Assembly: GCA_052034235.1 (NCBI GenBank)
Contig: JBPOIT010000005.1
Location: forward strand, 177,698 to 241,697
DNA from: Candidatus Levyibacteriota bacterium
GTDB lineage: Bacteria; Patescibacteriota; Microgenomatia; Levybacterales; UBA12049
Reading direction: 5' to 3'
DNA: 64,000 nt
The position numbers and the translations under genes are program-made. Numbering within the stretch: the first letter of the stretch is position 1; every line of letters begins with the position of its first letter. Of the stretch, positions 28,279 through 37,953 are shown in pieces. The notes under the pieces are model-generated. The model was given only the letters and a program-made list of their open reading frames with translations, was not told the DNA's origin and did not search any database.

Positions 28279-28644
28279 TTATTTCTTTGCCATTTCGAGG
28301 ATGCGATTGAAGAGTTTATCAAAATCAAAGAAACTCTTATTAATATAGCCGCGTGCTCCCAGCTGTCTCGCTTTCTCAATATCTTTCTCTTGTCCAAGGG
28401 TAGAAAAGACAAGCACGGGTATTGTATTGGTAAGTCCTGACTGCTGCATTGTTGTAAGCACTTCAAAACCGTCTTTTTTGGGCATAATCAGATCGAGCAG
28501 GACAAGATCTGGTGGATTTTCGCTGATTTTTTTCAGACCTTCTTCACCATTATCTGCGATATCAATCTGAATACCTTTTTCCTGAAGTTTAAAGGCGTAG
28601 AAATCACGAAAGAATTTATCATCTTCAACAAGCAATATTCTCAT
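28279..28644 (-). CDS. stand-alone response-regulator receiver (CheY-like) protein
   Basis: 121 aa. Starts MRILLVEDD, with D in LVLLDLIMP, T in VFST and K in YINK. A paralogue of the REC protein at 17656. Confidence 0.75.
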   Translation of the reverse strand: MRILLVEDDKFFRDFYAFKLQEKGIQIDIADNGEEGLKKISENPPDLVLLDLIMPKKDGFEVLTTMQQSGLTNTIPVLVFSTLGQEKDIEKARQLGARGYINKSFFDFDKLFNRILEMAKK

Positions 28645-28684
28645 AGCGATTTAATTATGTCTTAATAATTACCTTTGTGCAAGC

Positions 28685-29077
28685 CTACAAACGTAAAATT
28701 GACTCTAGTTCTTTTGATTCATCATTTAAATCAAGTTCATGTCCTTTTTGTTCAATCTCATCAATTGAAAGGGCTATTTTTGTGACGATACTGTCTATCA
28801 TTTGCAGTGTGGCTACTTTAAAACTTAAATTTCCTTCCATTTTTGCTTTAAATATCTTTTCTATCGCAAATGAAGTTGAACCTGTCGTTGAAAAACCCAT
28901 CAAGAGACTTTGACTTGCAAGCGAATGAGATGCCAAATGCACGACATTAACAGCATCAGCGTTGTCGTCTCCCGTGAGAAGCTTACTGAGATTTGCCTGC
29001 ATATCCCTAACGTAAGCCCGTGCTGTTTGGACATAAAGCGTCCTGTATTTGAGTTTGTCTACCTCTTCCATAGTCAC
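28685..29077 (-). CDS. stand-alone histidine phosphotransfer (HPt) protein
   Basis: 130 aa, helical. Has an HPt-like motif VHLASHSLASQSLLMG (HxxKG-type). Confidence 0.5.
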   Translation of the reverse strand: MTMEEVDKLKYRTLYVQTARAYVRDMQANLSKLLTGDDNADAVNVVHLASHSLASQSLLMGFSTTGSTSFAIEKIFKAKMEGNLSFKVATLQMIDSIVTKIALSIDEIEQKGHELDLNDESKELESILRL

Positions 29078-29184
29078 TAATTACTATACTTAGGAACTCC
29101 TGTTATGTCAATGCAATCATTAAATAATTATGTATCAGTAAAGCATACTTGTGTTTTTATGGCATTCAAACACATAATAGATGT

Positions 29185-31401
29185 ATGTCCGGAAAATTTT
29201 CCTCGGTTCTGTTGTTGCATCAAATAGATAAAGAAGATGTCGAAGAAGTAGGCAAAAAAGCTGCCTCACTTGGTGAAATGATGCAAGCTGGTTTTCCTGT
29301 ACCTCCTGGATTTATTGTCACCAATCACGCGTTTCAGCACTTCCTGCACGAAAATAATCTGCCAACCCGCATAAACGCATTGTTATCAACCGTAAATTAC
29401 GAAGATATGACATCTCTCATGCAAATTTCAGGATATATAAAAAAACTTATCATGCAGGGACATCTGTCTTCGGAACTTATAAAAGACATTAGTACTGAAT
29501 ATGACAAAATGGGCGGACTTTTTCGCCACGCAACTGTTAGTGTCAGTTTGTCTCAGCACGATGATGAAAAGCAGCATGCAATTCTTAATGTAAAAGGTGA
29601 CACAAATGTCATCCTCAAAGTTCGTGAAGCCTGGGCATCACTCTTTTTACCGGCTGAACTTCAGGCAAAACATCGTGCGGGACAAGAGCATTTTCAAACA
29701 AACACAACAGTTATTGTGCAAAAAATGATTCTGCCTGAGGTTTCAGGTATTATTTTGACGCAAAACCCCGTTAATCACGATCGTAACACCATGCTTGTTG
29801 AAGCTGTTTATGGATTTTCGCATCATAGTGTACTCCCAGACCAATATGAAGTAACCAAACAAGACTGCACCATTGGCGCCAAAAAGATCCGAACACAGGA
29901 AACAATGCTCGTGTTAAATGATGGACAAATGAAACAAACTCCTGTACCTAAAAAGTTTATAGAAGTGCAAAAATTACCTGATAATAAAATTCTTGATCTT
30001 GCGATCATGGGTAAAAAATTGGAAAAACATTCCTATTTTCCGCAACTTATTACCTGGGCAATTGAAAAAAACAAAATCTATTTCATAAGAACTAGACAAC
30101 TTGACCTATCACCACATACCAAACACGCTCAGTTGCACGCGACTCCATCTCGTTACCTTCCGCTACTCTTAAAAGCAACACCTGGGTCCCCAGGTCTTAA
30201 AAAAGGTCCGGTCCGAGTGATTCGACATGCAAAAGAACTTGTTTATGTCCATCACGGCGATGTGCTTGTGACGACGCACACTAGTGCTGAATTTGTCCCT
30301 TATCTCAAAAAAGCAGCCGCAGTTATCACAGAAGAAGCAGGAAGAGTTTCAACCGCGGCACATGTTTCACGCGAACTTGGAATTCCAGCAATTATCGGTG
30401 CCGATCGAGCGATGACAATTCTGCATTCGGGTGCAATTGTAACAGTTAATGGAACAACCGGAGAAGTATTTGGAGGATCAGTGCAAGCACAACCGCACAA
30501 CGGCATTAGTACAGCAACGAAATTGTATGCAACGATCACCGACACCACACACGCCGCAGCAATAGCGCATGAACATATTGAAGGCATAGGTGCATTTCAT
30601 TCAGATTTGCTGCTCAAAGATATCGGTGTTCATCCACAAAAACTCTTTAGCCATGGATCAGAAAAAATATTTGGAGATAAACTTAGAGTGCAGCTTGAGA
30701 CAGTTTGCAAAGCATTTGCGCCGCGACCAGTTGTGTACAGCTTTACTGATCTCTTAACAACGCAGCTGAAACAGCTCGACGGTGGAAAACTATACGAACC
30801 AACCGAAACCAATCCTCTCATTGGTTTCCACGGTGCGTATCGTATAACGCATCAACCGAGACTATTTGCAATGGAACTTCAAGTAGTGAGACTGATCAGA
30901 AATAACTGCAATAATATATGGCTTTCAGTCCCCTTCATCAGAACGCGGAGGGAACTTGAGGAAATCAAACGGCTCATGACTGCTGCAGGTTTGCATCGAA
31001 CTCCGACGCTCAAACTCTGGATGAATGTCTCAACTCCTGCCAATCTCATCTCGCTTGATTCATACATTATGGACGGGATCGACGGCATTATGATTGATTT
31101 GGATACGGTGATTTCGCTGCTTTTGGGTGTTGATAAAAATAATAGTGAAGTGCTTAAAGAATTTAATCCGCATGATCCGGCTGTTCTCTGGATTTTGGAG
31201 CAAGCAATTAAGATCTGCCACAAACATCACACACCGGTTTCAGTAACAGGAAAAACCGCATCACAATTCCCGGCACTTATCGAAAAACTCGTCCATTGGG
31301 GCGTCACCAGCATCAGTGTCGAGCCAAACGCAATTCATACAGTCCGCAAACAAATCCAAGAAGCCGAAAAGTCCCGAATAGAAAACGCTGGAAAAAATTA
31401 A
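29185..31401 (+). CDS. ppsA: phosphoenolpyruvate synthase (PEP/pyruvate dikinase family)
   Basis: Has an N-terminal PPDK_N ATP-grasp domain (GKKAASLGEM), a phosphohistidine mobile domain (TAAHVSRELGIPAIIG) and a C-terminal PEP-utilising TIM barrel. The track ORF starts at 29149; MSGKF at 29185 is the likely start. Confidence 0.8.
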   Translation: MSGKFSSVLLLHQIDKEDVEEVGKKAASLGEMMQAGFPVPPGFIVTNHAFQHFLHENNLPTRINALLSTVNYEDMTSLMQISGYIKKLIMQGHLSSELIKDISTEYDKMGGLFRHATVSVSLSQHDDEKQHAILNVKGDTNVILKVREAWASLFLPAELQAKHRAGQEHFQTNTTVIVQKMILPEVSGIILTQNPVNHDRNTMLVEAVYGFSHHSVLPDQYEVTKQDCTIGAKKIRTQETMLVLNDGQMKQTPVPKKFIEVQKLPDNKILDLAIMGKKLEKHSYFPQLITWAIEKNKIYFIRTRQLDLSPHTKHAQLHATPSRYLPLLLKATPGSPGLKKGPVRVIRHAKELVYVHHGDVLVTTHTSAEFVPYLKKAAAVITEEAGRVSTAAHVSRELGIPAIIGADRAMTILHSGAIVTVNGTTGEVFGGSVQAQPHNGISTATKLYATITDTTHAAAIAHEHIEGIGAFHSDLLLKDIGVHPQKLFSHGSEKIFGDKLRVQLETVCKAFAPRPVVYSFTDLLTTQLKQLDGGKLYEPTETNPLIGFHGAYRITHQPRLFAMELQVVRLIRNNCNNIWLSVPFIRTRRELEEIKRLMTAAGLHRTPTLKLWMNVSTPANLISLDSYIMDGIDGIMIDLDTVISLLLGVDKNNSEVLKEFNPHDPAVLWILEQAIKICHKHHTPVSVTGKTASQFPALIEKLVHWGVTSISVEPNAIHTVRKQIQEAEKSRIENAGKN

Positions 31402-32187
31402 TTATTTAATAATTCTCTGACGAGACATAGTACTTAACACTAAAGCACGATCAATTTGTGGTCCAATAAATAAAGATCTTCTAAAATCATTATCATATTT
31501 TTTCCGGTAATGATCAATGCCATTAGTAAAATTTGCTCCAGCGCTACCAAAAAAAGTCGATAGTATAATCGAGGGAACTATATACTTAAATTCACCTACT
31601 CCTATCGCAAGAGAAGAACCCATAGCTACACTTACGAGTCCAACATACCCCATATCAAATTTGTCTTCAAGAGACAAGTTGAAAATAAGATGTTCTATTC
31701 CCTCTTGCACAATACCGTCTTTTATATCCTGATTGAGTTCTGTTGCCCACGCTTTAGGGTCTCGTATTCTTTGCTGTTTTCTGCCTATTCTATCAGCCAC
31801 ATCAGTAATATTTATAGGTAAAGTCACATCAACCCATCTACCTGCAAGATATGGAGATTGATCATTACTTGATGGTCGGCGTCTTTGTGAACCGCTCTTT
31901 AAAGTATGCTTATCAAATACACCTTCGGCAGTTGCTACTCCTTCACCAGCTACTCCAGAGATGATTGGCTGTTGACGATCCAATGGTCCTGAATGACCGG
32001 TTACCTGCAATCTATTTATTCCTCCCATGTTCATCATTCGATGAAGCCTGCGTAGATGAATGCCTATTCGTTCAGTTGGAACTATACCTGGTAGCTTTAA
32101 ATCAAACGTTACTCTTGGGGGTTGATCTATTAATGATGCACTTTCAATTTCCGCTAATGAATGAAATCCTCTTTCTACTTTTGCCAT
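31402..32187 (-). CDS. hypothetical protein with a C-terminal glycine-zipper membrane segment
   Basis: 261 aa. The C-terminus has GYVGLVSVAMGSSLAIGVGEF. No family was recognised. Confidence 0.25.
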   Translation of the reverse strand: MAKVERGFHSLAEIESASLIDQPPRVTFDLKLPGIVPTERIGIHLRRLHRMMNMGGINRLQVTGHSGPLDRQQPIISGVAGEGVATAEGVFDKHTLKSGSQRRRPSSNDQSPYLAGRWVDVTLPINITDVADRIGRKQQRIRDPKAWATELNQDIKDGIVQEGIEHLIFNLSLEDKFDMGYVGLVSVAMGSSLAIGVGEFKYIVPSIILSTFFGSAGANFTNGIDHYRKKYDNDFRRSLFIGPQIDRALVLSTMSRQRIIK

Positions 32188-32238
32188 ATGTACAGTTGTA
32201 AATACTGCCTATTATAGCGTATACTAGTTTTCTGTTCT

Positions 32239-32865
32239 ATGGCATATCTAGTACTCGTTAGACACGGTGAATCGGTTTGGAATGCGCTTGGTCAGTGGAC
32301 CGGGTGGACTGATGTGGATTTGAGTGAAAAAGGCCACTCCGAGGCAAAAGAGGCTGGCAATCTCCTCAAAGATATTCATTTCGATTTTGCATATACTTCT
32401 GCACTGAAAAGAGCTCAACAAACCTTTGAAGAAATTAAACAAGTCCTCGGCCAACCAGATCTCACACCTACCGCTGATAAAGCGCTTGATGAGCGGGATT
32501 ATGGCGATTACACAGGCAAAAACAAATGGCAGGTAAAAGAGCAAGTTGGTGAAGAAGAATTCCAAAAACTCAGAAGAAGCTGGGATTATCCCCCACCAAA
32601 TGGAGAATCGCTTAAAATGGTTTACGATCGCGCAGTCCCGTATTACGAGCGAGAAATTTTGCCTAAACTCAAAGAAGGTAAAAATGTCATCATCGCTGCC
32701 CACGGTAACAGTCTCCGTGCTTTAAGCAAATATTTACAAAACATCCCGGATGACAAAATTGCATTACTAGAAATGCCCACCGGCCAACCATTTGTCTATC
32801 AAATAGATTCAGAAGGAAAAGTAACGTCAACCGAAGTCAGAGGTCAAAAAGAAAATACTGCTTAG
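32239..32865 (+). CDS. gpmA: 2,3-bisphosphoglycerate-dependent phosphoglycerate mutase
   Basis: 208 aa. Has LVLVRHGESVWN, TGWTDVDLSEKG and AAHGNSLRAL motifs (the histidine phosphatase RHG…H signature). Confidence 0.85.
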   Translation: MAYLVLVRHGESVWNALGQWTGWTDVDLSEKGHSEAKEAGNLLKDIHFDFAYTSALKRAQQTFEEIKQVLGQPDLTPTADKALDERDYGDYTGKNKWQVKEQVGEEEFQKLRRSWDYPPPNGESLKMVYDRAVPYYEREILPKLKEGKNVIIAAHGNSLRALSKYLQNIPDDKIALLEMPTGQPFVYQIDSEGKVTSTEVRGQKENTA

Positions 32866-33075
32866 TTACAATAAAAACAGTCGCTTGTAAGCGACCGTAA
32901 TTATCCTCAAATATGGGCAGTGTATTAATAATCTTTATTAAGGATTATTAATGTTATAAATAGATATTAAACCCCCAGCGTAACAACAATAAAAAAATTC
33001 CGTAAGAGCAACGTAACAGATGAGATTCTATTGAAAGTAGAGTACTGAAATACAATCTGAACAATAAGCCTATAG

Positions 33076-33104
33076 TTGCTGTTTCCCTAATAAAATGTTA
33101 TACT
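33076..33104 (+). promoter_or_regulatory. sigma70-like promoter with a leaderless start
   Basis: TTGCTG, a 17-nt spacer and TATACT; 6 nt later comes the ATG at 33111. Confidence 0.45.
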
Positions 33105-33110
33105 TTAATC

Positions 33111-33356
33111 ATGGCTCGATCTGAATTTTCAATTAGACCAACAAGAAGGGAACGTATCTTATTCGAAAAACCATGGACTCAATCTCCGCCTAAAAAACCT
33201 ACGGTGGCAGATTTACGGGCTTTGAGACTACAAGAGATTGCTAATGCAAAAACAAGTACTGCTGATCCTCATCGTATTCGTGGAAGACATCGTGCAGAAG
33301 AACCACCGAGAAAAACTGCTGCATTTGGTATTGAGCACCGAGGCAGAACCAGATAA
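33111..33356 (+). CDS. small Arg-rich basic hypothetical protein
   Basis: 81 aa with more than 20% Arg/Lys. No motif was recognised. It has its own strong promoter. Confidence 0.3.
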   Translation: MARSEFSIRPTRRERILFEKPWTQSPPKKPTVADLRALRLQEIANAKTSTADPHRIRGRHRAEEPPRKTAAFGIEHRGRTR

Positions 33357-33379
33357 TTAGGTCATTCTCAAAAAGAATT

Positions 33380-34093
33380 CTAAATGTGTAATAAAATAAT
33401 AAACTCCCCTCTTGGCTCTGTTTTTTTGAAATGAGTTCTGGCTTCTGAGATTTTTTCTTGTCGAACCTCTTCATAGATTTTTGTGAGTTCTCTGGTTATG
33501 ACGATAGGGATGTCTCCTATGACTGATTGCATGTCTTCAAGCGTTCTGAGTAGTTTGTGCGGGGCTTCAAACATGACCACGGTGAATGTCGTGTGTTCGA
33601 GAGATTTTTTGAGGTTTTCGAAATAGGTTATTCTGTGGCCGGATTTATGTGGTGGATAGCCAGCGAAGAGAAATTTGTCTGTTGGGAGACCTGAGACAAC
33701 GAGCGATGTTATGACTGATGATGCACCTGGAAGTGCTTCGATTTTTAAGCCTTGTGCTCTGCATTCTCTCACAAGTTTGAATCCTGGATCTGATATGGCA
33801 GGTGTTCCAGCATCTGAAACGAGCGCTACATTCATATCAGACTGAAGCATGGCGATAATTTCAGGGATTCGCTGCAACTCATTCTGATCAAAATATGAAA
33901 GAAACCTCGGTTTTTGTTTTGGTTCATGTCCAGCAAGGGCTGTATACGGAGCGGTTATTTTCTCAAGCAAGAGCCCTGCACGTCTCGTATCTTCACACGC
34001 AATAACATCAACCTCAAACAGCGTCTTCACTGCCCGAAGTGTAATATCCTTCATGTTTCCAATTGGCGTCGCAACTAAATAAAGTGTACCCAT
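33380..34093 (-). CDS. rsmI: 16S rRNA (cytidine1402-2'-O)-methyltransferase
   Basis: 237 aa. Has GTLYLVATPIGNMKDITLRAVKTLFEVDVIACEDTRR, the tetrapyrrole-methylase fold typical of RsmI. Confidence 0.8.
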   Translation of the reverse strand: MGTLYLVATPIGNMKDITLRAVKTLFEVDVIACEDTRRAGLLLEKITAPYTALAGHEPKQKPRFLSYFDQNELQRIPEIIAMLQSDMNVALVSDAGTPAISDPGFKLVRECRAQGLKIEALPGASSVITSLVVSGLPTDKFLFAGYPPHKSGHRITYFENLKKSLEHTTFTVVMFEAPHKLLRTLEDMQSVIGDIPIVITRELTKIYEEVRQEKISEARTHFKKTEPRGEFIILLHI

Positions 34094-34157
34094 ATTTACA
34101 AAAAAACTGTTCCTAAAGAACAGTTCTATAAGTTATTATACACTAAAGGTAACCAAA

Positions 34158-34790
34158 CTAATAACGTCTCACAAGTCCCACCACTCTCCCCTGAATTTTA
34201 AGGGTTTTGGGATAAATTGGATCCATGGTTGAATTCGCGGGTTTGAGAATTACTTGCTCGCCTTCTTTATAAAATTTCTTAAGCGTCGCGAGATTATCAT
34301 CAACGAGTGCGACCACTATTTCACCATTGGTTGCACGATCAACTTTTTCAATCACAACAAAATCCCCATCCATAATGCCATCCTCAATCATTGATTCACC
34401 TCTTACCTGCAAAACATATGCTGTTTTGGAACCTGTCAGCATACTAGCAGAAATTTGAAACGTTGCGTTCGGATCGGTATGCGGTTCAAGCGGTTTGCCT
34501 GCTGCGATATAACCCATAAGCGGTAACTCAATCGATGGCTCAGTACCCATAAAAGTTGAGATGACATTCTCATCTTTCACTTTCAACACACGCGCATTGC
34601 CGTCGACTTTCTGGACATATCCTTTATCGACAAGATTGCGGATAATAACGTGAACTGTTGAAACACTGCGGTGACCTGTTGCTCCTGCTATTTCGACGAG
34701 TGTTGGGGAATATCCATGTTTACTTTGGAACTGAACGAGGAACTCTAAAACTTGTCTTTCTTTTCGATAAAGTACTCCAGGCATTAACAA
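34158..34790 (-). CDS. lexA: LexA repressor
   Basis: 210 aa. Has an N-terminal winged-HTH domain, an Ala-Gly cleavage site (IAAGKP) and an S24 domain with Ser in GESM and Lys in ATLKKF. Confidence 0.85.
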   Translation of the reverse strand: MLMPGVLYRKERQVLEFLVQFQSKHGYSPTLVEIAGATGHRSVSTVHVIIRNLVDKGYVQKVDGNARVLKVKDENVISTFMGTEPSIELPLMGYIAAGKPLEPHTDPNATFQISASMLTGSKTAYVLQVRGESMIEDGIMDGDFVVIEKVDRATNGEIVVALVDDNLATLKKFYKEGEQVILKPANSTMDPIYPKTLKIQGRVVGLVRRY

Positions 34791-34865
34791 AAAATATACG
34801 ACATTTCGCGTATTTTTTCAATAAATCATTTTGATACAAAATAGGTCAACTTGCTATAGGTTATA

Positions 34866-35510
34866 TTAACGCCTTGCTACTTTTATCCCTCTAGCCTCAA
34901 CAACTTTAAGATTATCCAAACGAGGAATTCCTGGAGCAACAAAAACAACATATGCTGCATTATCCACATGCGCAATTCTTGCTCCGTCTTCATAACCTAT
35001 GGTATGCAATAAATTTACCATCATTCCACCATGTGTCCCTAATAAACTTGTCTCACCTTCGAGTGATGAACCATATAACTTAAAGAATTGGCCCCAACGA
35101 TCTTCCATCTGTTCGTCAGTCTCGGCTCCTGGCACTATTTGGTCTCGATATCTATCTTGATGTAACCGCCCATATAAAAAATGAACTATCTCTTTAGTAA
35201 CAGGAGCACCTTCAAGACTTGCGAAATGCCGCTCTCTCAACCATAAAGTTTGCTCTGGTACTTTTCCAGTCGCTAAGAATGCAGTCCTTGCAGCTCTTCG
35301 TCGATCTGAAGATAATACGCGAGTAATCGGTTGATAGGGTTCTAAATGTTCCCCTAGCTCAAGTGCCTCTTTTTCACCTTGTTCTACAAGCGCTACATTC
35401 CAACCTCCGGCAATCAATTTCTGTTCATTTGCGCGAGAACGTCCGTGTCGTCCAACTATCACTATTGTACCTGATTCAATTTTTGCACTCATTAGCCTGT
35501 AATTATACAA
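34866..35510 (-). CDS. histidine-phosphatase superfamily protein (phosphoglycerate-mutase-like)
   Basis: 214 aa. Has VIVGRHGRS (RHG motif) and a downstream His (GTHGG). Confidence 0.6.
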   Translation of the reverse strand: MYNYRLMSAKIESGTIVIVGRHGRSRANEQKLIAGGWNVALVEQGEKEALELGEHLEPYQPITRVLSSDRRRAARTAFLATGKVPEQTLWLRERHFASLEGAPVTKEIVHFLYGRLHQDRYRDQIVPGAETDEQMEDRWGQFFKLYGSSLEGETSLLGTHGGMMVNLLHTIGYEDGARIAHVDNAAYVVFVAPGIPRLDNLKVVEARGIKVARR

Positions 35511-35545
35511 AAATGCAAATCTTACGTATAGTGTTAGGGTTTATA

Positions 35546-36475
35546 TTATTTTAATTTCAAAAGAAGATATCGAAACGGACCGAGGGTTGTATTCCAGGGA
35601 ATTTCTGACAAAACCATCAGAATTATTACTCTTGGTTCAAAAAAACTAAAGGCAAGACCAATCGCAAGTGCGTTGTTCATGTACGCTTTTGAAACTGCTA
35701 GTGCAATTTTTTCGTCCTTTTTACGCCAGAATGCGAGGTAATAACCTGCGATTAAATGAATTGTGAATATGAAGAAAAGCCAAAAGGTATCACTAATCAA
35801 ACTTGATAACGGCTGGCTGAGAATTTGTTGTGATTGGCTGGCAATGATGATATAGACCATCAATGTAATAAGAACAATGTTAGTAACACTGAAATATGTT
35901 TGTGTCCGTTTGATAAGTCCCTTTTTATATTTCCGAACGATTTGAGAGAAAATGAGCGGCAGAAAATTAATGAGAAGAAGTGTTTGTGCAAGTCCCCACA
36001 AATCAAGCTGAATAGTTTTTTGCGTGAGAAAAAAGAATAAAGCAACTACAGTAAAAGGCGCAATGATATACGATAAAAAAGTGACTGCGATACTGAGAGT
36101 CGTATTCCCTTTCATCAGATCAGTCAAAAACGGTGCAGCTGCGCCCGGAGGCATTGAACATAAGAGTAAGACGGAAATTGCCAAACTCGGATGCATAAAT
36201 GAAACTACTGCATATAAAACAGCAGGAATAAGAAGTAAATAAATACATAAAACATACGCAATAAATTTGGGCTGTTTGACATGGGATAAAATATCGAGAT
36301 AATCAATTTTTAAATACGTTAAAAACAAAATAACCATTAAGCTCGGAATAATAAGAAACGAAAGATCTTTACCTAAAAAGGGCGAAACCAAACCTAAAAC
36401 TAAAGCAATAATCAGGAGCAACCAAAATTTTTCTTCGATAAACTTCCTCACGCAACAATTGTAGCATAGGCTCAA
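35546..36475 (-). CDS. BASS/ACR3-like membrane transporter (bile acid:sodium symporter fold)
   Basis: 309 aa with about 9-10 TM segments. Has CSMPPGAAAPFLTDL, typical of the SBF family. Confidence 0.4.
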   Translation of the reverse strand: MSLCYNCCVRKFIEEKFWLLLIIALVLGLVSPFLGKDLSFLIIPSLMVILFLTYLKIDYLDILSHVKQPKFIAYVLCIYLLLIPAVLYAVVSFMHPSLAISVLLLCSMPPGAAAPFLTDLMKGNTTLSIAVTFLSYIIAPFTVVALFFFLTQKTIQLDLWGLAQTLLLINFLPLIFSQIVRKYKKGLIKRTQTYFSVTNIVLITLMVYIIIASQSQQILSQPLSSLISDTFWLFFIFTIHLIAGYYLAFWRKKDEKIALAVSKAYMNNALAIGLAFSFFEPRVIILMVLSEIPWNTTLGPFRYLLLKLK

Positions 36476-36497
36476 AAAGCTGTGCTACAATGCTCAT

Positions 36498-37388
36498 ATG
36501 AAAATAACTCCGCTAAAGATAAATATGGTTCAGGAAATGCGTGCAATACGAACTTCATACACTGCTGCAACAACAGTCGGTTTTATTCCTACCATGGGTT
36601 ATTTGCATGAAGGGCATCTTTCACTTGTGCGAAAAGCCAGGAAGGAAAATGACGTTGTTATCGTGAGTATTTTTGTAAATCCAACACAATTTGGTCCGAA
36701 CGAAGATTTATCTCGCTATCCTCAGGATATTGAACGTGATACCGTATTACTTAAAGAAGTTGGTGTTGATATCGTTTTTACCCCAAACGCTGAATCGATG
36801 TATCCTGAGCGTTTTCAAACATACGTTGACCCACTGGGACTTCTCGTCACTGAAGTTGAAGGTGCTATTCGCCCTGGACACTTTCGCGGTATGGCTACAA
36901 TTGTGTTGAAATTGTTTAACATCATCAAACCTACAAATGTCTATTTCGGACAAAAAGACGCCCAGCAAGCACTTATTGTTGAAAAAATGATCACAGATCT
37001 TAATTTACCTATTACGTTCAACGTAGAACCCACAGTCCGCGAAAAAGATGGTTTGGCAATGAGCAGCCGTAATGTCTACTTAACTCCTGATGAAAGAAAA
37101 GCAGCAGCAGTGCTTTACAAAGCACTACAAAAAGGCAAAGAGATATTTGACAAAAATCTGGACAAAAATGTTGACATTGTGAGAGACGCAATAAGTGAGA
37201 TACTCGTTTCAGAGCCCCTTTTGAGCCTAGAATATATTGAAATTCGAAATCCTCAAACATTTGAAAAACAAAACAAACTTGCAGCTCCCTCCCTTATGTT
37301 GATTGCTGTTAAACTTGGAAAAACCCGACTCATAGATAACTTTTTACTCCAATCAAACGGAACCTGGAATACAGGAAGACTTGTCTAA
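36498..37388 (+). CDS. panC: pantoate--beta-alanine ligase
   Basis: 296 aa. Has FIPTMGYLHEGHLSLV (HIGH-like motif) and VSIFVNPTQFGPNED. It is leaderless: TACAAT lies 6 nt before the ATG. Confidence 0.85.
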   Translation: MKITPLKINMVQEMRAIRTSYTAATTVGFIPTMGYLHEGHLSLVRKARKENDVVIVSIFVNPTQFGPNEDLSRYPQDIERDTVLLKEVGVDIVFTPNAESMYPERFQTYVDPLGLLVTEVEGAIRPGHFRGMATIVLKLFNIIKPTNVYFGQKDAQQALIVEKMITDLNLPITFNVEPTVREKDGLAMSSRNVYLTPDERKAAAVLYKALQKGKEIFDKNLDKNVDIVRDAISEILVSEPLLSLEYIEIRNPQTFEKQNKLAAPSLMLIAVKLGKTRLIDNFLLQSNGTWNTGRLV

Positions 37389-37417
37389 TCACGATATTTA
37401 TCGTAAACTCATCCAAT

Positions 37418-37909
37418 ATGCAATTTAATTGGCTCACACAATCTATATTCGCACTCACAACACTTTCAGTCATGTCCTTCTTAATTACCTTTCTGACAAG
37501 AAAGGGTGTACCTGTCTCATTTGTGATGCTTGGAATCGGGGTTATCTTTACCATTTTTTACTGCTATCACACATTTGTCGTCCTGCAATACAAAATACAG
37601 CCTTCGTTTAGCACGTTTGGCCTCCTTTTTGTTATTGGTATACTCAGTGTTGTTGGCAATCTTGCTTTGTTTCAGGCAGCAAATAACGCACCAAACCCTG
37701 GACTTGCAATAGCAATTGGCGCAGGCCTCCAATCAGGAGTCATTGCGATTCTGGCATTTTTTATCTTGAAAGACAAACTCACGACCATGCAAATTCTCGG
37801 CCTTGTCCTCAGCATCGCCGCCGTCCTTATGATTACACTTGGAGGAAACAAAGCAGAGAAAAAAACTTCTGCAGTAAAAGACACAAAGACGGTAACAGCT
37901 TCAAAATAA
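37418..37909 (+). CDS. EamA/DMT-type small membrane transporter
   Basis: 163 aa with four TM segments and a Gly-rich TM3. Confidence 0.4.
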   Translation: MQFNWLTQSIFALTTLSVMSFLITFLTRKGVPVSFVMLGIGVIFTIFYCYHTFVVLQYKIQPSFSTFGLLFVIGILSVVGNLALFQAANNAPNPGLAIAIGAGLQSGVIAILAFFILKDKLTTMQILGLVLSIAAVLMITLGGNKAEKKTSAVKDTKTVTASK

Positions 37910-37953
37910 CCGCTCAACAATAAATATCTAATCGTCTGTGCTACAATGCTTTT

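Noticed and set aside
32878-32897. Intrinsic terminator after gpmA (GTCGC-TTGTAA-GCGAC)
   Set aside because: The hairpin is present, but on the plus strand it is not followed by a T-run. The T-run lies on the opposite strand, where no gene ends. It was left as unassigned structure.
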